Virus record (IMG/VR): IMGVR_UViG_3300042914_000630
Coordinates: 1 to 62,593 of that record
Reading direction: 5' to 3' (one strand)
From: a virus
Taxonomy: Duplodnaviria; Caudoviricetes
Length of the DNA: 62,593 nt
Shown here: one piece after another, positions 42,601 to 50,665 of the stretch
How the letters are laid out: every line of letters begins with the position of its first letter
How positions within the stretch are numbered: the first letter of the stretch is position 1
Notes under the pieces: model-generated
Database searches by the model: none
Told to the model about the DNA's origin: nothing
Seen by the model: only the letters and a program-made list of their open reading frames with translations
Translations under genes and position numbers: made by a program

Positions 42601-45600
42601 AAGAGAATCCTTGGTGATGACATCATGGATAAGTTCTGGACAGCTGTTGATCGCATTCGTGCGGAGTCCCTACGACTAAAGGTAACTGAAGGCCCACAGG
42701 GAAAGAAGCCCTTGTCATACCGCCAGATTCTAGAGCAAGCAGCAAAGGAAGTACAGGTCGAAGGTAAGCCTGAGTTTGTAATTCCATTGTTGCCTGATGA
42801 AGTTAAGTTCGTTAAGGAGAATGAAGCTGGTGATTATAGGCTTTCTGCCCGAAGCAAGAAAGCCAAGGAAATCATCAATGCTGCTGGAGAAGATCCAGTT
42901 ATTCCCCCACCCCCAAGTGCAGATGCCATTGTCCGTGCTGGTGAAGGTCAGCCTGAAGTTCCAGTAGTTGCGGAGCCTGAGCCACCCACACCAAAAGAAA
43001 AGCTTATTGGTCAAGGCATCAATCAGTCTGAGGGTGGTGCTTCAAGACTGCTGCGCTTGAACAACCTTGTTGGTTGGATCTTTGGTGGAAACCAAAGAGA
43101 GAATCGAACTTGGTTTGAAAACTTAATGAACAAGGGAAGCAACGCAACTCAAAGTGCAACTCAGCTTGGCAACACTCTTAGAAGTCAAGTTGATATGCTA
43201 TCGTTTGTTTCCAGATTCTTTGATGATACAAAGACACAGACAGGTCACTTGGTTGGTGCAGGAAAGACTGCATTCAGAACCGCTATGCAGCTCCGGGCAG
43301 AAGAGGGTCGCTTAATGACCCGCATCTTCCGCGAGTATGCTAAGGTTCATAACCTTGTTCCTAGACTGACAAGCGATGTACGGTCTGCTCTGGATATGTA
43401 TATTTATGAATCGCTATTCAAGAATAGACAGCCAAACAAAGCAGACCTAGTTGCGTTGGGTATTCCAGCATATCAAGCTGATGCTGTTGCAAAGCAAGCA
43501 TCCTTGGTAATCAAGTCTGCTCAGATTGCAAACAGAAACATACTTGAGCTGGAAGCACAGACAGGACGCATGAGCATTGTGGATGAGAACGGTAATCCCG
43601 TTTCCCCAACAACCTATGCTCCTGTTCAGTTGGATCACGAAGGGTTGGCACGGTTGGATCAGAACAGCAGATCTGCGCTTATTAAGGCAATGGTTGCTGC
43701 TCGTACAAACCGTAAGCTAAACGATCCAATGCTAGATATAAATACCATGATTGTAATGGGCTGGCTAGATGTAGCCTTTGATGAGGATGCAAAGACACTG
43801 AATGTATTTGCAACTGATCGCACAATCAAGTATTCAGAAGCTTCAAACATGTTTAGTAATGAGACATTGCTAAAGTTGTTCGACGCTGAAATCAAGAAGG
43901 AGGGAATCACTGGTCGTAAGTCAGATCTTCTCAAGCTGCTCCGAAAGAGCAACCCAGAGAAATACTTTGTCTTGGAGTTCGATGATAAGTATGTTATCTA
44001 CCGCATTCCAGAAAAGGTTACTGATCTAGCACCAGCTGATAAGGCTAAGTACATGGAAGCCGTCAAGGGCAATACAGCAATGTATACCGAGAAGTGGCGT
44101 AAGCAACTTAACAATCAGAACTTGATTGAACGGGAAATGAAGGAGATACTTAAGTATAAGACTAAGCAGTATCCCTACAATAACCCCGATGACTTCAACT
44201 CAGTTACGAAGCAACCTTTCTTCAAGATTGATCCAGAAGGAAAGACAGTTCTCCCAATCAGAGGACTCACTCCAGAAGAGCTACTGGCTGCTCCAGAAAC
44301 CAGAGCTGTCCTACGCACAAACCTAGCCGAGTCATACTTCTACTTCCTGAAGGGCCGACACTTTGAGTTGGCCTTCCAGAGAGAGCTGGATAGAATGTTC
44401 GGACAGACAGGAATCACAATCTTGGATGTGTTTGACTATGTAGAAAAGACAGGCTATGAGAACTTTGAGAAGATAGCTGAGCTGGCTAACTGGACTCCTC
44501 AAGAACTCAGCACCGCCCAAAAGGGATTGGCTGATGGCTTGAAGAGACTGAGAGAGGAATATCAGTTCAATGCTGATACCTTACCCTACCTCAACTCCGA
44601 AGTTGGACACTCAGCCAGAATCGGCCTAGCCGCTATCCGCTTCAAGTTCTCAGCTGGCTATGGTATTTCAGCTTTCACTGAAACCTTGGCAGAGCTTGCA
44701 AAGCAAAGTCCTGAGTTCTATAGTATTCCAAAGAATATCGTTAATGCCTTGCGTTATGTATTGGCAGACTACAGATTCTCAAAGCAAAAGCTTTTGGAAT
44801 CTGATATTGGCGATATGACCTTTGTTCTAGAAAACTTCAGGACAGATCTTGCCAACCGTTTCATGGGAGAGATTGGATACGGATCATTCCGTACAGACTC
44901 TCGCCTTGGAACCAAGGTTTCCAACTCAATGCTCAATATCCGAGATGCTCAGGGTGGCCTTGAAACAGCGACCAGAACATTTGAGGAAGCGGGTAAGTGG
45001 ATGCAGAGCATCGGCTCACTACAGGCAGTCACCAATGGAACCCGTGCTTTGGCTAAGCAGAGAATCCAGAGAATGATCTGGAAGCATATCCAAAAGGGTA
45101 ACATTGAAAGATTGTTTGATGTATTGCAGGAGTCTGCTACCGCTGATGAGTTGGCTCAGCTAAAGAAAGCAGCTGCTACTGATAGCAGAGCAGAGGCTTC
45201 TCTTTGGAAGAAGTTTGCTGGCCTTGCCAGACATCAAGCCAAGTTTGGAGATGCCAATGAAGCTGCCTTGTTCCTGAAGTATGGTCTGACCACCAAGGAA
45301 CAGATTGTTCATCTCAAGTGGGCAATGGAAAAGGCAGGACATAGGGATGGTAGAATAAACATCTTTAATCTCTTGGATATCCATGAAGATCTCAGGGATA
45401 ATCCAGTAGATGGGTTCAGTCCTGATATTCTTGAATCAGCCATTTCAGCTTATGCTCACATGGTTGAAGACCTGATTATCAAGACATCTACCTCTGAACT
45501 TAAGGGCTTGAATAAGATCACCTCCTTGGATTCCAGAAGTGCCTTGGGCAGAATGTGGTATGCCCTTACCTCTTGGGTACGGTCATATCAAGACAATGTT

Positions 45601-46338
45601 ATCTTGGACTTCGGAAGCCGTAGCACCGTCAAGTATCTTGCCAGCGGTATATTCCTATATGCTGCTTTGGATACCATTGTCGGTCTGTTTAAGGAATGGT
45701 TGGCTGGTCGTGAAACCGAGGATATGCTAAAGGAGTTGGAAGAACAGCCAGGTCAGTATGTCCTCCGTGGAGTGTCCAGAGTTCCCTTCCTAGGCATTGC
45801 CAATGGTCTGGTTGAATCTGGTGTCAGTACCATCTCCGGATTGACCGGAGGTACTTACAAGTACTATGGTATCCCCCTCATGCCAGCTGGTGCTGGAGCG
45901 GGTATGGGAGCCATTGAGACTGACTATAGGAACATGACAAAGATCGTAGAAGATCCCCTGTCAGCCAGATCCTTGAAAGCAGCTAGTGATCTATTCGGTG
46001 CTACCTCTTTGGTAAACCGTAGCCCCGTAGCTATCCCTGTCCGTTTGCTTGAGGATATGAATACCTTCAAGGAAATGGATGCCATTCAGAAGTATCTGGA
46101 TATGGTCCAAAGAGATCCATACCCATACTCCAAGAAGGCTGCTGGTAAGTTTAAACCAATTGAATTGGATTACGAGACTACCCCAAGGAACTACGCCTTG
46201 GAGCAGCAGATGGCTACCCAAGCTATGCAAAGAGAGATGGCTAGAAGACCTATGCCACAACCTGAGTCACCCAATACATTCCCAATGGTTAACGACCAGA
46301 AGGGTGTATCTGAAAGACTAGGAGAATTGTTAGATTAA
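36610..46338 (+). CDS. Giant multidomain internal virion protein (gp16-position)
   Basis: 3242 aa; Gly/Ala hydrophobic segments, HELGH zincin motif, HTH, K/P-rich linker. Confidence 0.8.
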   Translation: MLNFSEGFPIIPETPSAGPLRLNAYSPGQVLAAYDGDDLEFLDPSQLTNPLVYTRGDIKKVETYNQYYALTQALGALEGNLTGVSDGILGIANDPTKGAAWRQLIGKAPLTPIRYGDSELTQEAIDADLKSLNMMLEAEEGVDFSTLSYDQLSDRQKQIRDITAKVSYAEARNKAAEKLGFDWLDQVAAQDIFGITSILSDKELAGDTQDIEKLMNREDPNFDYKSWFGTKFSNEIVSQYLVENGITDDFISDSPNADHAMMRIMAQLNTSDIQRRMETYKPTNLDSFRLLRDGFIGGMINSPDTIPSVVAELGLVGISTLAGSLLAPGAGTVAGAAAGVAAAEGISTALGASSVFMRLKKAYDASTFAGRALRATAYTTETLYKLPLGMMPGYVANFGLIRGATASFTFGVVQGGLAEYARQKREIAFGAATLYANPNAMTDYNASLIATTALESGLLFGGVFGLGGGLLRSGIGAFQNRVKGVMIDPKTGFRNIADTRFTFENTPLGNTIDNIRGFVNRKERALIDAPVTEKAAVESVIENTEVTPEKLAADTEARVDRVETREATASPDAARATPEDAGTRRYEGETIPEYVARVGPNRAVRNIYEIVTEVARRTKAEGSERLIEASEQFDQMSIQDQMRVLFNTKKVLDDAKKAETDAVGLPKERERLYDELEKSRKAWFARLKKKLPKEAFKALKEELEENKKASGRKLPELLKEARDTAKPAAERKAASDEMAAKLLESISAAAASPEREAQIKAQVPPEVIDTVDAAIVEHKLTGTVSDATAEALKADIAGVKKQPKVGPVDRMLNAISKSIIAAKIDPNRVKKIKAVIRDPDAFVSLVDGDKDNATRFFDYLNELVINNMISSADRQLVLASVVHLNFSSKAFGINFKVESILDKAGNKQEDLIGSFRRSNNSLIMNLDFAGTTNDLKRRRAKALLHELGHAYFAHEASGDNYLSALRLYNKTIISSGIELMRYRPDTPDPLLNSGFLNQYHMQNAEEVFVQTFSQILFSEAEAVIGTWSPMQVSRTKFVLDKIATSVALAATLFDSSEHYAAAKEIIDSITDIDNKTKSFISMPTLARAYGNLHSMLDSVDDLAEYNKKLDAEFPDRDMKPYHLNKAELTLFKNSSKDPGFIIAMTIMKADQKSFVDSNGNFTRGINDLVKAYKEYKLAQLTSMQIKVAFLVGSNDYKVLKGLDKFDRLDFVKDELFSLYSREFVNGKSKRTILPATYEDLDALRNLDTMDYLDPTGSSVPYAVGFFGTTGDILIDAIESVVPTGKALASDTLSAEQVSALVGSLRVDDALTTNLIDQLRVYLDNIGLEELSEVVIEAQHLAYIQKLKNDGMLDIEEPSRSTPEWSNKQIAITSLGLMLKEKLSVDQIKVILKNNLSSSMYTYLINNHKIPKKLIGAVSKLLEEDGIVLNEDSKTWGIRTSKPATKVTAAAQEAAVSFESTALTKDNLVDVVSRIIKQSMRGNVTDNYFVDAAGSMITPKPDAKTVGKKAYAGNLELILSKIENGSLKTVKDLIGYIHTTAFNLKKADVAERESLETPDGVERTVVEGRPATAADRIVTTKKGIRKTILTEALDLNTGTNGRLLTAEETELVNVFTTAPTNKEAGVKLGVSESTAGRYRRTLIAKLVDVFEQSAISLDSGRDQIISGLNKHFDTVEKKVNAAKPNSEEAVIKKAKEKKPKPEADPVVSGARALQTAALAEKLRNKNPEAVIVPLPKDAEGVMYKVTDEVTGNEPEKVFRPSEQADAVMHGSPTASKEAVSFVPKKPLPMNYGTSTDLTSQPKKLESTLKSASRLGVDALVFKDGSVIPVNIEELPVIGKTEVKKEPDAEPEVTLTVENKKPVLSVISKERKPTEPKPKKENFPVKVEKKKLPRKPKATTAAPETTGPRIPMPPKKEVPVEKTPSDQVKTPEVDVVERKVNEDPKLLRQSGMDSNFLKTFIKKYWESKVEADGRNTMTPMFKKMWSHFVNVNQYIADANKRILGDDIMDKFWTAVDRIRAESLRLKVTEGPQGKKPLSYRQILEQAAKEVQVEGKPEFVIPLLPDEVKFVKENEAGDYRLSARSKKAKEIINAAGEDPVIPPPPSADAIVRAGEGQPEVPVVAEPEPPTPKEKLIGQGINQSEGGASRLLRLNNLVGWIFGGNQRENRTWFENLMNKGSNATQSATQLGNTLRSQVDMLSFVSRFFDDTKTQTGHLVGAGKTAFRTAMQLRAEEGRLMTRIFREYAKVHNLVPRLTSDVRSALDMYIYESLFKNRQPNKADLVALGIPAYQADAVAKQASLVIKSAQIANRNILELEAQTGRMSIVDENGNPVSPTTYAPVQLDHEGLARLDQNSRSALIKAMVAARTNRKLNDPMLDINTMIVMGWLDVAFDEDAKTLNVFATDRTIKYSEASNMFSNETLLKLFDAEIKKEGITGRKSDLLKLLRKSNPEKYFVLEFDDKYVIYRIPEKVTDLAPADKAKYMEAVKGNTAMYTEKWRKQLNNQNLIEREMKEILKYKTKQYPYNNPDDFNSVTKQPFFKIDPEGKTVLPIRGLTPEELLAAPETRAVLRTNLAESYFYFLKGRHFELAFQRELDRMFGQTGITILDVFDYVEKTGYENFEKIAELANWTPQELSTAQKGLADGLKRLREEYQFNADTLPYLNSEVGHSARIGLAAIRFKFSAGYGISAFTETLAELAKQSPEFYSIPKNIVNALRYVLADYRFSKQKLLESDIGDMTFVLENFRTDLANRFMGEIGYGSFRTDSRLGTKVSNSMLNIRDAQGGLETATRTFEEAGKWMQSIGSLQAVTNGTRALAKQRIQRMIWKHIQKGNIERLFDVLQESATADELAQLKKAAATDSRAEASLWKKFAGLARHQAKFGDANEAALFLKYGLTTKEQIVHLKWAMEKAGHRDGRINIFNLLDIHEDLRDNPVDGFSPDILESAISAYAHMVEDLIIKTSTSELKGLNKITSLDSRSALGRMWYALTSWVRSYQDNVILDFGSRSTVKYLASGIFLYAALDTIVGLFKEWLAGRETEDMLKELEEQPGQYVLRGVSRVPFLGIANGLVESGVSTISGLTGGTYKYYGIPLMPAGAGAGMGAIETDYRNMTKIVEDPLSARSLKAASDLFGATSLVNRSPVAIPVRLLEDMNTFKEMDAIQKYLDMVQRDPYPYSKKAAGKFKPIELDYETTPRNYALEQQMATQAMQREMARRPMPQPESPNTFPMVNDQKGVSERLGELLD

Positions 46339-46344
46339 ACCATA

Positions 46345-46382
46345 GGGGATACCTAGGGAAACCTAGGTATCCCCATTCTTTT
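46345..46382 (+). terminator. Terminator-like hairpin ending the late operon
   Basis: 13-bp perfect stem GGGGATACCTAGG-GAAA-CCTAGGTATCCCC then ATTCTTTT. Confidence 0.8.
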
Positions 46383-46419
46383 ATCGACATGTATTTGTAC
46401 AATCATGGTCACAGAGTGA

Positions 46420-46442
46420 CCAATAGTTGGGGCTACAGAAGA
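46420..46442 (+). promoter_or_regulatory. Candidate phage RNAP promoter (right-end copy)
   Basis: CCAATAGTTGGGGCTACAGAAGA; 22/23 match to the 6292 copy. Confidence 0.7.
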
Positions 46443-47010
46443 TATACCATAGGGATAACCTAGGTGTCTATGGATATCCCCTATAGGTTTTATTATTGTT
46501 TGTGTATAGTCTTAGCTAAGACCCCTAGGTTAACCTAAGTATATCCCTTGTTAACCACAGTTAATACATCAACAATAATAACAATAGAACAGAGCACTCC
46601 GGGGTTTAACCCCCCGGTTTGATCCCTTGTCGATTTCCTTGGATTCTAACGGGCCTAGGATGCCCGGAGAACCGCCGGGATAGCGAAGGTGGCCCTCGGG
46701 GTCATTCACAACATAAACCCCCTTATAGGGAATCCTAGGGCTGTATGTGTTTTAGAGCTGTCGATTTCCTTGGTAAGTCTTTTGGGACTCCCGTAAGTGT
46801 TTTACACAAAGGTTAAAGAAAGTTTAACTTTTAGGAAAATCGACTTAGGGGTAAAAAATTAGCGAAGGGGTATCCCCCGTAGGTACCTTACCCCTTCCCC
46901 CCGGCATCCCCCCTGCGAGTTACCGGACGCATGCCTGCGGTTCCGATAACCTAGCCGGGGCAGAGTCCGATAACCTAGGCTGCGCCCACGGGTGTTATCG
47001 GACGCTATCG
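46443..47010. repeat. Non-coding repeat/palindrome-rich region, probable physical genome ends
   Basis: TGTCGATTTCCTTGG x2, TCCGATAACCTAG x2, many CCTAGG; lies between last late gene and first early gene. Confidence 0.65.
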
Positions 47011-47128
47011 GCAAAGTTTGACCGATTCTAGCGTGGTATCCCTTTCCATTGTCCCCGCCGATGCGAGGACGGGTAAATGCGGGAGCCTGATGAATCCCCT
47101 GCGTTCTTTCTGACGGAGAATCTACACA

Positions 47129-47431
47129 ATGGTTGGAACAAATCTCATGGCGGTTGTTGAGGAGTCCATCGGGAATCTCAACGGAGGCCGCGCACAACTT
47201 GAGCCTACCCTCACGGAAGTCGTGCGCCATGCTGCGGAGTTCTTCGGGAATGATAACCGTAGCATTCGCATGGTGGTGAATACGGTACTGGAATCGTGCG
47301 GCCATGATCGGGAATCGCGTGATGAAATCATCGAGGCTCTTTATCGGAAGAACATCATGGTCAAGAAGACCTATGCGGCGAATCCGATGGCGAAACTCCG
47401 CAAGAAGATCGCGGAGCAGGCGGCGAAGTAA
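47129..47431 (+). CDS. First early protein, hypothetical
   Basis: GGAG SD; GC-rich codons. Confidence 0.7.
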   Translation: MVGTNLMAVVEESIGNLNGGRAQLEPTLTEVVRHAAEFFGNDNRSIRMVVNTVLESCGHDRESRDEIIEALYRKNIMVKKTYAANPMAKLRKKIAEQAAK

Positions 47432-47544
47432 TCCCCTGCGGATTGTGACGGGCTATCCTACGGGCTACCGTAGGGTATCCCCTCGGGGAATCCCACGGGG
47501 ATTCCTCAAGGGAATACCTTACCCCTAACCAACGGAGGTTTCGC

Positions 47545-47814
47545 ATGGACATTCTCTCGGAAGTTCGTCAAGTTTCGACGGTCATTCAAGCGGTTCATTT
47601 CGCCAAGCGACTAGCAAAGTTTGCGGATATTCCTGCAAAGACTGCGCTAGAGTTTGTGCGGGAGAAGCGTGGGATTGAAGTTACCCCGGAAGAATACCGG
47701 AAGTACGCGAACTATGTTCCGTCTTTCACGGTGAACACTCGGGCAGAATCTCGGGATATTCGGCAGGATTCTTCGGGACATCTTCCCCGATTCGACCGAA
47801 TCATGGCGCGGTGA
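47545..47814 (+). CDS. Early hypothetical protein
   Basis: GGAGG SD. Confidence 0.7.
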   Translation: MDILSEVRQVSTVIQAVHFAKRLAKFADIPAKTALEFVREKRGIEVTPEEYRKYANYVPSFTVNTRAESRDIRQDSSGHLPRFDRIMAR

Positions 47815-48092
47815 ATCCTTCGGGGATTCTTGGAATCCTACTTGTGCGCTTCCACAAGTATAAATAAGCGGAAGATATGGTGGTAATACCACTAGACATA
47901 TTATGAGGAAACTTGTAATATGTCATTGCTTGTGGGTCTAGTAACCCTCGGTGGAAGTTACCTCAACTTCCTGCAAAGTGTGTGTTCACTATTGGCACAC
48001 TTCAAGATGTAAATAGTTTGGGTATATCATAGGGAAACCTATGGTATATCTTTCCGTCTGATTTCTTTCTCTCTAACTTTAGGAGACAAACA

Positions 48093-49790
48093 ATGTTTGA
48101 GTTTCTCTTTCTGTTGGGTGGTGTTTCTTTCATGTATGCTTTGCTTTGGTGTATTCGTGAGAATGAAGATCTAAAGTAACTACCTTTCGTCCACCTTGGT
48201 AAGTCCCGAATAGGCTTCGGCTCTGTATTGCTTCGGCAATGCTAGGGATTACTTTCTTTCTTTAGGAGAACTAATGAATCCGTATGACATCTGTGTTGTC
48301 TTTGGTGATGACGAGGTTTGTTGTCATCAGGTTTGGGCAGCGAATGAATCCGAGGCTCATCGTTCCGTGATGGTGTTCTATAAGGACAGTACTGTTATCG
48401 GTGTTGTCTTTGGTTCCGATGGGCTAGGAGGATGACGATGGATGTTTGCTTCAAGTGTGGTAAGGAACATGAGGAAGCCTTTGCTAAAGTTCGTATTGAC
48501 TATCCCGATACGGAAGATTGGGAATCGTTTGAACTTTGTCCTGACTGTTTGATTGATCTCTTCAATAAGGAGAATGACTAATGCATCAGTACCATGTGGT
48601 TGTTGAGGGTGTTAGTGTCGCGGTCTATGACAACAAGTACAATGCCGCTCGTCATGCCATGCAGTATTCTCTTGGGCATGATGGTGCTAATGTTGTTGTG
48701 GAGTACCGCTATGTCTCAGCCTGAAGTGTGGTACAACTTTACCTTTTGGCAGAATAATAGCGGAGGATACTTCATTGGTCCTTCGGAGTTTACTGTTACT
48801 GCAAAGACAGAGAAGGATGCCTTTGCTATTCTAAAGTCACAACCTTGGTATTCGGAGAATCATTGCGAGTGTTGTGGTGTTAGGTGGTTTGATCTTGCTC
48901 ATTTTCAGGAGAGAATCTAATGAATATTGGAAGAGCATATAATGCTAGTAATGGATTCGTGACTGTCGTTGTTCTCAATGATGGTGAAACCTTTAGTGAT
49001 ATTCATAACTGCAGTATCTGTATTGTTCCTATTGAGCAATACGAGAGTGTTATGGCTAGTGGTGGAGATGCAAAGGACTTTATTCCTGTTTCAGAGATTG
49101 GACTCAACAATATTACCGTTCCAAAGGAGTATCTGTAATGGCATATAAGCACACGGTTTACATTCCGCAGCATGACAATGATCATTCGGAGTCGTCTTAT
49201 GTTCTCGCTCCTACCATCAAGTCAACTTTGGTTGAAGCCTTTGTCGTGAACTTTGGTGGGGCTACTGTTACCGAGGGATATGGTTACTATAAGATGAGCG
49301 ATGGGTTTACCGTGGAGGATAAGGTCTGGATTGTTCAGACTATCGCTGATGTACCCTCTATTGATGGTATCCTTGCCTTTCACATTACCAATATCAAGAA
49401 TGTTCTGAAGCAGGAATCTGTTCTTTACACTACGGAGAATCTCAACAATGTCACCTTCGTTTCCTGATGATTACTGCCCTGATGTGGACGCTATCTATGA
49501 GGAGCGTCATCTGAATCCTGCCTATATGGAGGAACTAAACTCTTCCCGTTACGAGGATTTCTATGGTCCCTATGATGGTGGATATGATGATGATTGTCCG
49601 CCGGATGATTGGGAGGATGAGGATGAAGACTATGAAGAGGAGGATGACCGATGAAGGTTATCGTTGTCTTTGACTTTCCCGATGTTGTGGATGTAGACTC
49701 TGATCATGCCGACAATGTGATTGATGAACTGACGATTGATCTCAAGCGTCTTGAGAATACGGTAGGTTATACTTGGTATATTGAGGAGGC
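48093..49790 (+). other. Cluster of small early ORFs (e.g. 48093-48179, 48711-48920, 48920-49138, 49138-49467, 49448-49654)
   Basis: Chain of short SD-led, overlapping ORFs; several acidic or CxxC-containing. Confidence 0.65.
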
Positions 49791-49795
49791 ATACA

Positions 49796-50665
49796 ATGAC
49801 TAGCGTTGGAGAACTAAAGTCTGTTGTTCGTCCTGTTACTGGTAAGGCTCCGTCATTTGAAGGTGAGAGGTTCAAGGCTAAGTCTTATGTGTTTGATGCG
49901 GAGCTGAATGAGTGGGTTAGTTTCTATTGGATTCTTACTGATAGTGCTAACCGTGATGGCTGTGGTAATCAATGTGATTGGTATGACAATAATGCCGAGG
50001 TCGATAATGAGGAACACTTTGGCATCAAGTTGACCGATCAGAATCTTGGCACTAGCAATGCAAAGGCTGCTGCTCTTGCAATGTATCAGCGACAGAAGTT
50101 GGCGGCAGACAATGGACTTGCTCCTCCTGTGCATGGTATGTGTTGCGTGAAGTTCTATCGCAAGGATTCTAGTAAGATTGAAACTGCATGGGGCTATCTT
50201 TCTAGCCGTGCTGTTACTGACTTTGATCCTGTAGAGCATCCTGATTCTCTTGCTGCTTTCGAGGAGTACCTTGAAGAATGCAGGAATGCTTGGGATAAGT
50301 ATGAGGAACTGGAATCTTATCTTGAGTCCTGTGATTGGATTGATAGTTATAATCAGCGTCGAATGCTGAGTGATGCTAGGGATTGTGTTGGGTATCCACA
50401 TCCTGATGATGTTTCATTTAGTGAGTGGTGCTATGATAACGATATGGCTGTCCATGATCTTGATGGATTGAAGGAGGAACTCAGGGATCTTGATGCTGGT
50501 GGTTTGCAGCATGACTTTTATCCTCTTGGTCATAAGTATCCCCGTGGTACTTGGATGGGATCTGATCTGCATGAGCAGAATGTAGCGTTGTGGCAGGGTA
50601 AGATTGTGTGCATTGACTTTGGACACCATTGCCTAGGAAAGAGGTATCGACATGAGCATGCATAA
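49796..50665 (+). CDS. Protein kinase-like early protein (gp0.7 analogue)
   Basis: GIKL, LAPPV, DLH..N, IDFG kinase-fold motifs; GAGGAGG SD. Confidence 0.75.
   Translation: MTSVGELKSVVRPVTGKAPSFEGERFKAKSYVFDAELNEWVSFYWILTDSANRDGCGNQCDWYDNNAEVDNEEHFGIKLTDQNLGTSNAKAAALAMYQRQKLAADNGLAPPVHGMCCVKFYRKDSSKIETAWGYLSSRAVTDFDPVEHPDSLAAFEEYLEECRNAWDKYEELESYLESCDWIDSYNQRRMLSDARDCVGYPHPDDVSFSEWCYDNDMAVHDLDGLKEELRDLDAGGLQHDFYPLGHKYPRGTWMGSDLHEQNVALWQGKIVCIDFGHHCLGKRYRHEHA

Noticed and set aside
46443-47010. CRISPR array
   Set aside because: Only two or three short copies with irregular spacing; no cas genes.
47018-47043. Sigma70 promoter TTGACC...TATCCC
   Set aside because: Spacer of about 13 nt and a poor -10 box.
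49253-49270. Fifth promoter-motif copy (TGGTGGGGCTACTG)
   Set aside because: One base missing from the core and located inside a coding sequence; likely chance.
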